Of a DNA stretch of 64,000 nt, positions 25,630-39,469 are shown piece after piece; position 1 is the stretch's first letter, and every line of letters begins with the position of its first letter. Where the stretch lies: positions 69,853,586-69,917,585 of the forward strand of contig NC_057711.1 of assembly GCF_004010195.1 (NCBI RefSeq). The letters run 5' to 3'. The stretch comes from Chiloscyllium plagiosum (Eukaryota). A program made the translations under genes and the position numbers. Below the pieces are notes generated by a model, which was given only the letters and a program-made list of their open reading frames with translations, did not search any database and was not told the DNA's origin.

Positions 25630-26150
25630 AATGTGGGTGAAGGAACTGTGCGCAATATTGCTAAATTCACAGATGGCAGAAAGGTACAGGGACAGGTAGT
25701 GTTCAGTAAGCGAGAAGGCTGCAGATAGACTTCGACAGGCAAGGAAAGAAAATGGTAGATGGAAATCAATGTAGGAAAGTGTAAGGTTATGCAATTTGGT
25801 AGGAAGGATAGAAATGTAGATGATTTTATAAATGGGGAAAGGCTTTGGAAATCTGAAGCACTAAGGGATTTAGGAGTCCTGGTTCAGAATTTTCTTAAAG
25901 TTAACATGCAGGTTCATTTGATAGTTGGAAAGGAACATGCAATGTTAGTATTTATTTTGAGAGGGCTCAAATACAAGAGTGGGGATGAACTGCTTAGGCT
26001 GTGTAAGCCTCTGGTCTGACTGCATTTGAAATATTGAGCAGTTTTAGATCCCATTTCTAAGGAAGGATGTGCTGGCATTGTAGTGGGTCAAGAAGAGGCT
26101 CACAATAATGATCCCAGGAGTGTCGGGCCTGTCCCTTGAGGACTCTGGGT
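25630..26150 (+). mobile_element. CR1 RT fragment
   Basis: ORF 25759-26019 (INVGKCKVMQFGRK..RDLGVLV), preceded by a decayed IAKFADD motif. Confidence 0.85.
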
Positions 26151-26300
26151 CAGTCATGAGCATCTTTTATTTTGTAGTTTTCTTTCTAATAATTTTGATA
26201 AAATGAGGATAAATTTCAGAAACTTTACTCTGGTAAAATTAATTTGTCTTTTTGTTTTACAAACAACATGATGTGTGTGTCATTGAGTGAGGCAACATGA

Positions 26301-26514
26301 ACACAAATAGAAGTTGCTGGTAAAGCTCAGCATGTCTGCCAGCATCTCTGAAGAGAAATCAGTTGACATTTCAGGTTCGATGATCCTTCCTCAGAACTGG
26401 ACCTGAAACATTAACTTTGATTTCTCTTCACAGATGCTGTCAGACTTGCTGAGCTTTACCTGTAACATCTGTTTTTGTCTCTGATTTACAGCTTTGGCAG
26501 TTCTTTCGGTTTTT
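26301..26514. mobile_element. Fold-back Penelope-like derivative with 19-bp TSD
   Basis: TSD attgagtgaggca(a/g)catga at 26282-26300 and 26515-26533. The minus strand at 26360-26399 reads cagtt-CTGAGGA-A-GGATC-ATCG-AACCT-GAAA-TGTC-aactg. Confidence 0.85.
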
Positions 26515-27350
26515 ATTGAGTGAGGCAGCATGACATGATTCTACACCTTTACAGAACTTGAAATAGAAACAACTAAACTTCAACAGAAAATGTGTGGCTG
26601 GTATCAGAGACAGGATGGATAGCTTCGAATTGGAATTTAAAGAATCTATGCCAGAGAACTTAGAGCAGAACAGGATTTACTTTGGGCTGAGGATGGAATG
26701 TAGATGATGAACTTGCAAATCTGGATTCACAGCATCATGTGGTCCTGCCTGCCAGCAATTTTGCTGGGAGGCATCAGATACTATGCAGAAGGAAATCACT
26801 CCATGTTTGGTTGTCAATTTGTCATATAAATAAGCCAAGTGAGAGCTCTTTGAAGCACTTCTGGAAAAGAGTCACTGAGAACAGCATCTCTGAAGAGGAG
26901 GTGGCATCACAGTCAGTCAGTCCGAAAGGCAAGAGAATTTAAGTGGTGTATAAAAGGGGGAATGTTCAGAGAACTTTCATTCAGTAGCACTAAGTGGCCA
27001 TTGAAAGCGTAGAGGTTACAGAGAATTTGATATGTAGGCACTTGACCAGTATTCTGGGGGAATGAAGAAAGAATAATCCTCTAGGGGTTAGTGGGCCAGA
27101 GCAGGGACATTGTGATAGTTATTATAGAGCTTCTTCTATCAAGGAAAGCATCCCCGGACATGATATTGAACTACTACAAGGAATGATGAGGAACAATTAT
27201 TGCACAGTAAGTATGGCCTGTTGAAACTTGTAATGTGTTCACTCCAAAAGTAGGGGAGGCAAGGCAACATCCATACTATTACGAGTAAAGACCTTGTTGG
27301 AAAGTTTGAGTCAAGTTGGTGATGAGTTGTACTATTTATCTTACACTAAT

Positions 27351-28290
27351 GTCATAGAGTCATAGAGATGTACAGCACGGAAACAGACCCCTCGGTCCAA
27401 CTCGTCCATGCCAACCAGATATCCCAACCGCCAGCATCTGGCACATATCCCTCCAAACCCTTCCTCTTCATATACCCATCCAAAAGCCTTTTAAATGTTG
27501 CAATTATACTGGCCTTCACCACTTCCTCGAGCAGTTCATTTTATACACGTACCACCCTCTGCATGAAAAAGTTGCCCCTTAGTCTCTTTTATATCTTTCC
27601 CCTCTCACCCTAAACCTATGCCCTCTAATTCTGAACTTCCCCATCCTAGGGAAAAGACTTTGTCTATTTATCCTATCCATGCCCCCCATAATTTTGTAAA
27701 CCTTGATAAGGTCACCCCTCAGCCTTCGACGCTCGAGGGAAAACAGCTCTAGCCTATTCAGCCTCTCCCTATAGATCAAATCCTCCAACCCTGGCAACAT
27801 CCTTGTAAATGTTTTGAACCCTTTCAAGTTTCACAACACCTTTCCGATAGGAAGGAGACCAAAATTGCATGCAATATTCCAACAGTGGCCTAACCAATGT
27901 CCTGTATATCTGCAACATGACCTCCCAACTCTTGTACTCAATACTCTGACCAATAAAGGAAAGCATACCAAAAGCCGCCTTCACTATCCTATCTAGCTGC
28001 GACTCCATTTTCAAGGAGGTATAAACCTGCAGTCCAAGGTTTCCTTGTTTTGCATCACTCCCGAAGACCTTACCATTAAGTGTATTAGTCCTGCTAAGAT
28101 TTGCTTTCCCAAAACGCAGCACCTCACATTTTTCTAAATTAAACTCCATCTGCCACTTCTCAGCCCATTGGCCCATCTGATCAAGATTCCGTTGTAATCT
28201 GAGATAACCTTCTTCGCTGTCCACTAAACCTCCGATTTTGGTGTCATCTGGAAAATTACTAACTATACCTCTTATGCTCACATCCAAATG
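27351..28290 (-). mobile_element. 5'-truncated CR1 LINE (RT C-terminal half and 3'UTR)
   Basis: ORFs 27769-28287 (SNFPDDTKIGG..WQMEFNLEKCEVLRFG..LEYCMQFWSP) and 27579-27827, separated by a frameshift; tail gtcatagagtcatagag. Confidence 0.93.
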
Positions 28291-28726
28291 CTTAAGAGAT
28301 CAGAGATGGAGTCAAACGAGAGCTGGAGGATTTTGGAAAAAAATATGAACAGAAGGGGTAGAATTTCAAGTTAGGGAGAAATTGAAAATTGAACTACTAG
28401 GGGACATGTTTCTAGGTCCCAACATAATGTAGTCTATCCCCTCATGTAAATTCATCTCTGCTAGATCACCCACCTCCCATTGAATTGGAAAGCATACAAA
28501 GTGGAAAGCAAAAATTAACGACAATAAATTGGAAAAGCATATAAACCTGATATTTTTCTGAATGCATTATTTGCTCACTGACAGTACATTTAGGGCATCT
28601 GTACAAATTGACCTTTTACATTGTAATGGCATCAACCATGAAAATACTGAACTATAAGGAAGACATTACTAACAGTCAGAACTCAGTACTTAAATAGAGG
28701 GAATGAGAAACCCGCCATACCTCAAA

Positions 28727-28903
28727 TCCAAAGATGTGCAGATTAGGTGAATTGGCTATGCTAAGTTGCCCACAGTGTTCAGGGATGTATAGGTTAGGAG
28801 TAAATGTAGTGTAACGGGAAATGGGTTTGAGTGGGATACTCTTCAGAGGGCCGGTGTGGACTCATTGGGCTGAAGGGCCTATTTCCACACTGTAGGAATT
28901 CTA
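28727..28903 (+). mobile_element. 5'-truncated HE1-type SINE
   Basis: Matches the 3' half of the SINE at 50534-50852 (tccaaagatgtgcag..aggtgaattgg..gaagggcctatttccacactgtag). Confidence 0.85.
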
Positions 28904-31900
28904 TAAGATTATTTCTCTGTACTTTGCAATGCTCAATTAGTTGGTATTAGTGAGACGGACAGAAATCAAAAACCTAAACGAGTCTGTCCTTCTGCCTGAA
29001 GTTAAATAGCATAATGGGTAACAAAAAGGCATACAATGTTCTGTTTTCAAGATTTTGGAAGATATTCATTTGAGTTACTAGTTACCCTGCATCAGTTCTC
29101 TTTAGAAATGTTGGTGGAGATAGGACAAGTTGGGAGCAAGTATTCTGCCACTTGAAATCAGAAGGTCCATTTGGGCTAAATGGCCAGTTTCTATGTTGAA
29201 TTTAATGTTTTGTTGTATTCCTAAGAGCGGTTTAGCAAACTATTACTAGAATCAATACACGTGTTCATTCAAACCTTTGTGATTCTACTGTGACCACTTA
29301 TTATTCATATATACTCGCGCAGATCAAGTTTGGAGTTCATAGTGCAGTTACTGTTCTATCTGCATTTGTTATTGTTAGCTTTATTTGACCTTCAGTTATT
29401 CTACAATTAATTGAATGCAATTAATCTGTTTCGCTATTTGATGACTTGCTTATCAGATAGATGAAATGTGGACTAATGGCCCTCAGTGGAAAGGAGGCTC
29501 TTTTTAATTGGAGGCATCACAGCATTTACCACTGTCTGTGCTCTTGCAATTAAGAACAATTTGGAAATGTGGTTTTTACTATTGCCTCTTTGATTGGATT
29601 TCTGAACTACCAGACATTACAAATGACAGTAGTTCCTAACATCGGTCAGAATATAAAAAACACACAAGCAAATTACTTACTCTGAGAAATGTTAACAAGG
29701 CTCATCAATTTTCCAAGATTTTTTTTACATTTATTTCACTTATTATTCGTACTACACAGCTAAAAAGAAATTTCTCTTATAAAGTGCACGTTACTGCACC
29801 TACTTTATGCAATTATAGTCTTTATCAAATAACCACATCAACACAAGAACGAATTATTTTTCTTGATTAAGCGCCCATGGTTCTCCTGGGATGAAACAAA
29901 GCAAACAATTAATCTTTCTGTATTTGTCCTCTGAAGCAACTACAGAACTCAAATGTAAGATAGCAGAGGTACCTGTTAGGCAGACTGCAGTAATTAGACT
30001 TGGACTGAAATGAATGGGCTGCAGTCAGAGTCCTTAATCTGCTAAAGGTTTCTGGCAGCAGCAGGGTCATACTGGTAATGGACCCTACAGTGGAATTATA
30101 TATATATTTTTAAATGACTAAACAGCTACAAAATAATTAACAAGGTCTGGGAATTAATATGAACTGGACTATCAGCAAATTAGCAAGAGAACCAAATCAG
30201 AGAAACTACATTAATCTCCAGAGTTTACTGGTTACAAATTATTTAATGAAATTAAATTTGCAGTTCCTGATTGTGCTGACTGGGTCTGAACATTAATTAA
30301 TTTAGCCATCCACACACGTGAGGGGCGAGGGGAAGGTTGCTTTAGCTATGCAAACTATAACATTTAAAATAACAATATAACTCATAAATTAAGCTGGACC
30401 ACCCAAAATTTGCATTGCTGTTATGAAATCTTATATACTGCAACCAGCAACCAAATTCCACCATGCCCGGTCATCAGGGAAGTTTATATATATTGAATCA
30501 TGATTCCTGTTCCTTGTTTGAATATTAAGGGGAACAGATCTTCACAAATCTGTTTGCAAGAGTTTTATGTGAATCAATTTAGGCATCATTTTTCAATGGG
30601 TTTGGATCAACAACCGAAAATTCATCCTAATTAAGCTACATACTGTCGATCTTAAAAGAAGCCATGAGAAAGTTGATATGGAAAATGAAAAATATCATCT
30701 TTACTATATTAGGGGTTACTGAAGAGTTTGCAGGAAAATCAGAGGTGGACCTAGTCAGTGGGAGCCTTCTCTGCAGCTAATACTGTATTTGACTCCAGAA
30801 TAGTTAGTTATGATACCAAGTGCCCAAAATGGAAAATGTTCCATTTACATTACTGATGTGCCTTATCTTAATGAGCTCACAAAAAAGTCAGAGTGCAAGA
30901 ATGACCAGAATGTATGCTTTCAAAATGTTGAAAATCAAACCTCTATTTCAATGGTTCATTTTCCAAGCACCAGCAGCCTTTGTAAATATGAAGCAAAAAT
31001 GCAAATATTACTGCATCTATTTGTGGTAAAATCTTTTTTTGAGGACTGCTGCTACTCCAATAACATTCAAGAAGTAAACCCATACTTTCTTTACAATATC
31101 CCTTAAATTAAATTAACTATATAATCTGGACTTTCTTGAAAAGTGAGATGCTAACTTTAGACTTTTAAAATGAATATGCATCTCAGTTTTTGGTCTGGAG
31201 TGTCAATAATAAACATTTCACCATATATGCGGTATGATTCAACTTGATTTTTTTAAAATCCTTACCTGTTTATTTTCTCCTTTAAAGTGAGAATTGTGAT
31301 GAAGATCTAAGTTTTAGGTATCTAGAATTATCTGGAATAAAAATCTATGATTTCAAATATTTTGTCTATTTTTAAAAATAACGTCAGGTGACTTTTAAGA
31401 TAAGACTTTTGTCAGATTTTTTTGTATCATGTGATAGCATTGTTTTATGATGCTATTTGTTCATTTGAGAAACAGCAATAGTGGAGTGAAAACATTAATT
31501 CACTCTGGAAAATCATAATTATTCCAGCGAGGCAACTCTATGTAATGTAGTTACCAACATGTATTTATAGGGCTCCATATGGGAAGTGAAGAGGATTTAC
31601 AAGCTCATAATTAAGGCACAAAGAGGTCCTTAAATAGTAAATACCTAAGAATGGGTACTTTGTTTAAACGAAACTTGAAATATTCATTTGGGTCTTGAGG
31701 CACGCTGTCCATCTGCCCAATGATAGGCCCAAACTGAATAGTTCCAGTTTAGTAAGCAGCTGTTGGCAGTAACAGTGATGCAGCTAGAGCTTTTGTGAAG
31801 GGAGTCCACGTGTCAAAGTTCAACAATAAACAAGAAAAATCCATTGGGAGGTTTAAAAAAAGAGCTTGAGTATTCCAAGTATGAGCGGTCAAGTTCGGCT

Positions 31901-32277
31901 TGCAATTTATGTCCGAGGGAATGGAAACCTGGTAGAGTACAGCAGGCGAACTGAAATGAGCAATATCTGAAAAAATGAGAAGCTGAGACAGCACGGGAAA
32001 TTTTTCAAGGGCCCTTTGCTCCACCAATGGTGTCAGAACCTTCATCCACTTCGCCAAACGTATCTCCTTCAAACAGCTTAAAACACACTTCTTCAGGGAA
32101 AATTCCCAGTTACCTTGCAAGTCTCCTCTCAGTTTAAAGTGTCTTCTTTTTTGCTGTTTTGAAGCATCTTGCAATTTTTTTTTGTTCAAAGTCAAAAAGG
32201 TGCTCAAGATGTTGAATTAAATATGTATGGTAGTGTTTAGTTAAGTAACTAATTAAAGAGGATTTGATTGAGTTGGT

Positions 32278-32510
32278 CTATTATTATCAGATGTACTGAT
32301 ATACAGTGAAAAGTATTGTTTTGCATGCTAACCAGACAAATCATAACATATATGAGTGTATCAGGGTAACAGTACGGAATGCAGAATATAGTGTTACAGC
32401 TACAGAAAAGCTGTAGAAGAAGATAAGCTTTTTAATATGAGAGGTCCATTCAAAGGTCTGATAACGGGGGAAGAAGCTGTTCTTAAATCTGTTGGTACGT
32501 GTTTTCATGA
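32278..32510 (-). mobile_element. LINE 3' fragment, probably Rex1/Babar type
   Basis: Recognised by eye from gggaagaagctgttcttaaatctgttggtacgtg and tacagtgaaaagtattgttttgcatgct; not verified by search. Confidence 0.45.
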
Positions 32511-32639
32511 AAGCTCCACCTCTATCATGATTAGACCCAACACATAATGCAAAAGATGATTAAAGTATATGTGAATAAGTTTCAGTCAGAAGGGCTAATG
32601 AGACAATCTTTCTTGGTTTCCTCCTGAAAAATTCCACTT

Positions 32640-32860
32640 AAAACCACATGCCATCCCAACTTCAAACAATATCATTGCCATTCCTTCATGTTACTGGATC
32701 AAAATACTGGAGCTCCCTTACTAAAAACCCTGTGTGCCTGCACTAGAAGTACTACAGTGGTTCAAGAAGGTGACAAGCCACCACTTTCTCAAAGACAATT
32801 AGGGATGGGCAAAAGCTAGCCTGGCCAGTGATGCTCACATCCTGTGAAATCATAAAAATA
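32640..32860 (+). mobile_element. 3' end of a second CR1/L2-group LINE family
   Basis: Tail cagtggttcaagaagg..ccaccactttctcaaagacaattagggatgggc..cacatcctgtgaa recurs at 34320-34420, 58865-58950 and, inverted, at about 50050 and 55645. Confidence 0.7.
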
Positions 32861-33399
32861 AATTGTTATAAAATCATAACAAATTGTTATCATAGTCAGT
32901 TGAGTTTGACTCATGGTATTGAGAAATAACTGAGATAGCTGGAGACAGCAAAGATGATAGATCCCAGCACTGCACTGTCTTGGCTGAAGTGTTAAAGGTC
33001 ATTGCTGATGCATTGGCTGTGTGCTGAGTGAATCACAGAATTTCCCCAGTGTGGAAGGAGGCCATTCAGCCACTATGTCTACGCCGGCTGTCTGAACGTT
33101 TTGCTGTATTGCCAATACCATGCTTCTTACCCTGTGCTGTTGCACATCATTTCTATTTTAAAGTATATTTGCCTCCACCAAATTCTGAAGCAATATATTC
33201 CATACTCTATTACTTGCTGTGTAAACAAAATTCTCTTACCTCTCATTTGCCTTTAAATCTTGTAAATCACTTTCTTATTCATGGACAATTTGAATTCACC
33301 GAGGATCACACAGCTCTTTACAGCCTTGGATAAAACATAGACTTGAGCTGAATTCCTGTACAAGATAAAACTGACTGACATTTACATCAGCGCTTCAAA

Positions 33400-34420
33400 T
33401 GAGCATGACATCAGTGATCCCCCTAAAACTAAGTCAGTGGGGAGCAAGGGAAATTGTGATCCTATGGCTCAGGGCATACCTGGCTTTCAGAGCAATAGCT
33501 TTGATTGTTGAAAGTCAATCTTCTCACCTGACAGACAGATATCATTGCAAGACATTTTCAGAGCACCTTCCTCATCCCAGTTCTGTTAGGTCCTTCATGA
33601 AAAACGCCCTCTTTAACATTAGGTCAGAACCGTTGGATTGATTGTTGGCGATTGCATGATGCTCGGTTCAATTCATAATTCATCCAAAAATATCCTGGGC
33701 AACATGCAAAAGTTGTACTTTTTATTGGGCAAGTCATGATTAAGTCACCCTAGTGCCAAGCAATTAACATTTCTAATTGATCATCACACCTTTAATATTC
33801 AATGACATTGACATGAAGAATTACCTAACATTAATATCTTGCAGAGGCATCGTTGACCTGAAAATCAGCTGAACTAGTGACATAAGTGGAATAAGTACTA
33901 GAATAGGTCAGAACTAGATTTTGTGCATAGAGCACCAGACTGACTCCCCAGAATTCTCTCAGCAGCAAGGCACAAATTGGGAGTGTAATGGAATATGCTG
34001 CACGCCTGGATAGGTCCAGCACCCAACAATACTCGAGGTACTCTACACCATCAAGGAGAAAGTATTTTACTAATACATTAGTCAAACTATTCACTCCTAC
34101 TACTACCGGCACATATGTTGAACAATGTAAAGTAACCTCTTACCATTGCTGCTTCAGTAACACCTCTCAAACTTGCAGCTGCACCCTGTAGAAGATTAAC
34201 ATTTGCACAGGAACACCACCATTTTCAGTTTCCTCTCCACAAATCACCCTGACTTGGATGTGTATCATCGTCATTTATTGTTGCTCACTTATTGAATTGT
34301 GTTTTGGTAGCACCTTTGACGCACGACTGCTGTGATTCACAAAGGACATCCATTGTTGCAGCAGGACAATGAGGGATGGGCAGTAAATGCTGGATTACCA
34401 ATGACATATATCATGAGAAG
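33400..34420 (+). mobile_element. Old fragment of the second CR1/L2-group LINE family (RT to 3' end)
   Basis: Ends in the same 3' tail as 32640-32860; decayed RT-like segments lie upstream. Confidence 0.65.
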
Positions 34421-37400
34421 CTTTTTTTTTATTATTGTCCCATGTGGCTTCTGACCTTGTTTTTATATGATAAGATGTTAAACAAAATGCAGACCTTTCT
34501 CAAGAAAGCAGTTACAGTCTTAAAGGTGCTTCTTTTAGTGGGATAACTTTGATACTATTGTTAAATCTGTGGGAATAGGTCATCTTCAGATGTGAGATTG
34601 AGCAGGCATTGACAAATACTTGTTTATTCCAAAGAAATGGCTCTTTTACTTTCTATCTGATACTTAAAGAAAAGAAAAATAGATCATGTTGGATACTGAA
34701 ACCAGGTTGGAATATAATGATGCTCTTGTGAGTGAGAAATGATCCAGGCAGAAGCATTTAATTAAGCAGAAGGCAAAATGTCACCATACCGACAGTGGGA
34801 TGAAAATGATTATTTAGTCGGCAGTGGATTAAGGGCAGATTGTGCTTACTGATGGTATCTAATGGGAGCCTGCTTTTTAATACATTACCATCTCATGCAT
34901 TCTCATTAAGATACAGCTTTGCTGGATTAAATTGTTGAAATGTCGAATTAAGTATGAGCAAATATGAAACATATGCCTTCAGATTTGTAACTAGTTAAAG
35001 GTGGCATGCAGCAAGCAAGTTCATCTCCCTGGTGAACTTGGACTGATTAGGAGCCGCCTTTCTTGTATTGGGAATTTTGTGGAACATTAGCAAGGAGACA
35101 TTGGTGAATTGAGACCAATCGCAAATGGGAGACTGGCTGACTGAAGGAGCAAGGACCATAGCTGTAAGAGTGCCATGACTAATCGAGGGAGATGGCAGCC
35201 CAGTGAAGGTTCATGAGCAACAGAGAGAGAGGAAGTTCTACACGGGAAAGATAAATGATTATAGGTTCGGTAGGTCAAGCAGCATTTTAGAATACTCGAA
35301 GGTTTTAGAGGGAAGGAAATTTGGTGATGAATGGCAGGTTAAGGGTAACACCCTCATATTTCAAATTCCAGCCAGGATCTCTATATCTCCCTACATCTAA
35401 GTACCAGCAAATTTAGAGGTTGCAAAGTCCTCACAGACTGATGCTGCTGAGTGACAAGGAACAGATAGCTATCTGGTTGCAATTCAAATATAGGACCTCG
35501 ACCTTTCACCTTTTATGGCAGTTATGGTCCAACATTGTCCTGCCTGTCCCCATCACGGTTGGCCAGAGCCCTCCACTCTGGATACCTAGTTGGCTGGCTC
35601 TAGAATACCAAGTTGATTGTATATGGCCAGTTGCACTGCTTTCAAGCTGTTCTCTTTCAGTCCTGCCATAAGGACCCCAGACATGAAACAAATAGAAGTG
35701 TAACAACATTCTGTACATTCAAAACAGCCAAACTAAATAACACAGTTGTTTCTTACCTTACATATATGAAATTATCATAAAATTGACATGGCTATAATTG
35801 AAAATCTCTCATCATGTAATAAATCCTGAATGTTCACCAGACAATGGTAAATGATGTATGCAGTTGTGGTAGAGCACTCTGATGTGATTACTTTTAATTG
35901 TATTCCATAGACACGTGGTGAGCGTCAGAATAAGATTAGAGTTTTTGTTTTGGATACAGTTGGAATATTAGTCCAGAAACACACTTGAAGTGGAGCGTTT
36001 TTCCACTAAATGTCACAAGCATAACCATAATGACAGTTTCCACGAGCAAGGCAATTAAATGTATTTTTTTCCATTATATTTAGTGCCTTTCTTATTTCAG
36101 TGTGGTAAGCTGTGGCTTTTTTTTATAATGCAGCTAAAAATGATTTTACACTAAAGAAGCATTCTTAATTAGGTGTCTATTAGCCTGTCAAATCACTAAA
36201 AATGACACAAACAATTATTTTGAATCATTTAATAGTATCATTGAAGTGCAGAAGGCACTAGTTTCTGAGTAAATTCAATATTCTATAGAATGATTAAATA
36301 AAAATGAATCAAATATGCCTGGTTCCAGTGTGGCTAAAGAAATGAAAGCAATTTGACAAGCCTTCTTTACCAATGCATTGTCAGAATTTTGCAATTTTTC
36401 TTTGGCTGGGCCCTGAAAGTACATTAAAGTACATTAAACAAAGTACATTAAACATAATCCATGTACTTTTACATAAACATTATAAAAGATTATAGAAAAC
36501 AGGAGAAGTGACTTTAAGGATAATTCAGATACATTTAATATACTTCAGTCTTTTGTGCTGGTATGTCAGATCTACCTAATTTGTTTTGAGGAAAAAGAAA
36601 ACAACAGAAACTTGACATCAATATGCTTGGTACGCTTTTAAAATAATCTAAATCAGAAAATTATTTACAATTTAGCCAATAAACGTTTCTAATAAGATGG
36701 TATATAAGGAGCAATATTGCGTGATTTGTGTCTTAATTTTCCTTTTTTATCCCCTCACCAGGTGAATAGAATAAATTAGCATGCAATTTGAATTAAAATA
36801 CATATCTAGAATTGAAAATGTTCTTGTAATCCTTATATTTTTAAAGAACATATGGTAGTTTTTAACATTGGTTTGCACCTGGTCGTAGCACTAAGAATGC
36901 ATGGTGCTACAAAATGGCGAATCTAGTACTGGATGGCAGTGATGAATGCAGCCTAGCAGCTTTGATGGTGTTCATTTGTCATCGATACAAAAAAAGGTTA
37001 ATCAGTATTCAGCAAACAAGTTTGATTATTTACAATAATTGTATTGTTAGGTGTCTTTATCAGTGCACATCTCTGGGCGGGATACATGTCTCTTAAAGGA
37101 AGACAAAATAAAGTACTCAAGATTACACAAAGATTGCATTTTTCACCTCTCCTAGCAAAAACATGTCAGATTACTGTCTAAATAAATGTCTGGGGTGCAT
37201 AAAACATGTAATGGAACAACCCCAGTAAGAAAAAATCAATAACAATTCATATTTCATAAGACTATAATTGCTTCTGAAAGTGTGGCAGCAGTTTGTTTAG
37301 AAGCTGATCTTGTTTCGACTTTCAAGCCAGCTGTTCTGAATGACAGTAAATGCAAGAGGGTAGAAGCTTTGCTTCAATTTTCTCCCAATGTCTGTTAGTT

Positions 37401-39469
37401 TAAAGGTGTGGGAGTGATAACTCGGAGAAAAACAGACACCCCACGCATAATTCTGTAGCATTCTGCCTTAAAGCTACTACATGTTTTGCTTGACAAGAGT
37501 TCATCATCTGTGAAGTTATCGATTTGCCAGCGTTTTAACCATCAAACTGGATTCATTTCAGTGACTACAGATTCTTAAACAATCCTTCAGACATGCATGA
37601 GATCCAAACAAGTAGCTGTTTTTTTTTGACAGCTTTTCAAAATCCTCTTACCAACCAGGAAAGCTCGAACTTCATATGCTTCTTATAGACTGAGATGTCA
37701 CAAGGCTGCAGAAATGCTGCTTGCTTTATGGATTGCCATTTGGTCAACAAAACTTTGGCAGCATTGATTAACTTGACATTGAATTCAGCAGTACATTTAT
37801 CACTTATGGCTGTGCTGTAGAAAATCTAATAAGAGGCAAGCAATTCCCTCCAGATTTGTAACTGGATCAGTTCAGCATGCAGTGGAAATTTCTGACTTTA
37901 CAAAATACCCCTGATGCTGGCAACATCATTTTACTCAACATCAGCAGACCACGTATGGAGTAATTTGATCATGGGCAAGAAAAAATATCATCAATTTAGG
38001 TAAATATTAATCAAATGTTGCATAGAGAATTGAGTCAATTTCCAAAAACATGTTTCTGATTGGGATTTGTGAGATAATAGTCATATGTTTCTGGACTGAA
38101 AAAATGCACTAGTGTTTAGAAAGATAACAAAGTGGGGGAAATTTTAACCCCAAGAACGAGTGGCTTGGGAGTGTGTGGATGATAAAAAATATTTATTTAT
38201 TTTTAGTGCAAGAGTGTAACATGACTCCAATGCTACCACTTTCAGATTTAACAGAGGCATGTTTGGTTGCCAGGAAGAAGTGTAAGCCAGGTATCTTCTA
38301 ATTTTATTTGGACATTCAATGGGCTGGATTTTCTCATATTTTCGCAAAGTCTTAATTTCGGAGAATTTCGTGGAGTGGCTCCCTGTTTGAGCCTTCGCAG
38401 TTTTTCTCTGCAATTTTATGGAGCTCACTTCATTGAAGATCCATGGCATTGCCTTCTCTCACCACCTTGTGCTAAGAAGCAGCAAAATGATTCCTCGTGC
38501 TGGGACTTTAACATTGAATATGCCGCAAAAGCTGTACTTAAACTGAAGCTGTATACTGTGTCTAATGCTGCCACCCTGTTCTGAAATAGCACCCTGTGTC
38601 CATGGTCTGGATGAACAGGCCGAAATGGCAAAAGAGTGCGTGCAATGACTTCTCTCTGCCACCTCACACTCGTTCTAACTCTGCCATTGCACCCACTTCT
38701 CACCAAGGCTAATGGTTTACCACTTTCAATATTGCATGTAGTATCTTGCCACAATGGCTTGTACCTATATCATTTCCCGCCCCCTGAAATTAGTAACCTT
38801 TCCTACTCTCTGCAATTCCTGCTCACTCATTCATCACACCTCCCCATCTTTCCTGACTGATGATGAACCGGTCTATTTACTGTCCCCCGTGACTATTTAT
38901 CATTGCCAAACATGATGAGTTACCTGGCTACCTATCTGAGCTAAAAGACGAGGTGAGGCAGAGCTGCTGAGAGTATCCAAGTGAACTCAAAGTGAATTGA
39001 GCATGAAGAAAGTAAGCTCAGTCCTGAATACACTTTATTCTGATGTATGAGATGCACACAAAGTGGCCTGACTGCAGAATTACAATGGCACGTGTCAGTG
39101 AGCTCCAAAAGTGCATTACTGAGGTATTGAACATATTATAAGTGAGCCCAATGTGCCATGACAATGTGGTGAAGCTGGTGCATTACTGATGCCAACTTTC
39201 ATGGACAAAGGCAGTTGCTGCAGATGGAATGAGTCCTGATGCATTGGAGAATAGATACCTGGAGGAGAGGCTGGCAACCAGCAAGTATCCACTTCAACAT
39301 TCATACTGGGAAATGTTGCTGTCTAATATTTCTTTCCATTGTCTGGGACAGCAGCACCCGACAAATTCACGATGACACTTTACCTGTTCCTATTGGGGTA
39401 GTTAATGTAGAGGTTAAACAACAGAGGTAATTTAAAACAATCTTTACCACTCTTCAAGGGAAAAGCAGT

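Noticed and set aside
36417..36454. Short tandem repeat aaagtacatt(aaac) x3
   Set aside because: Ordinary slippage duplication with no further structure.
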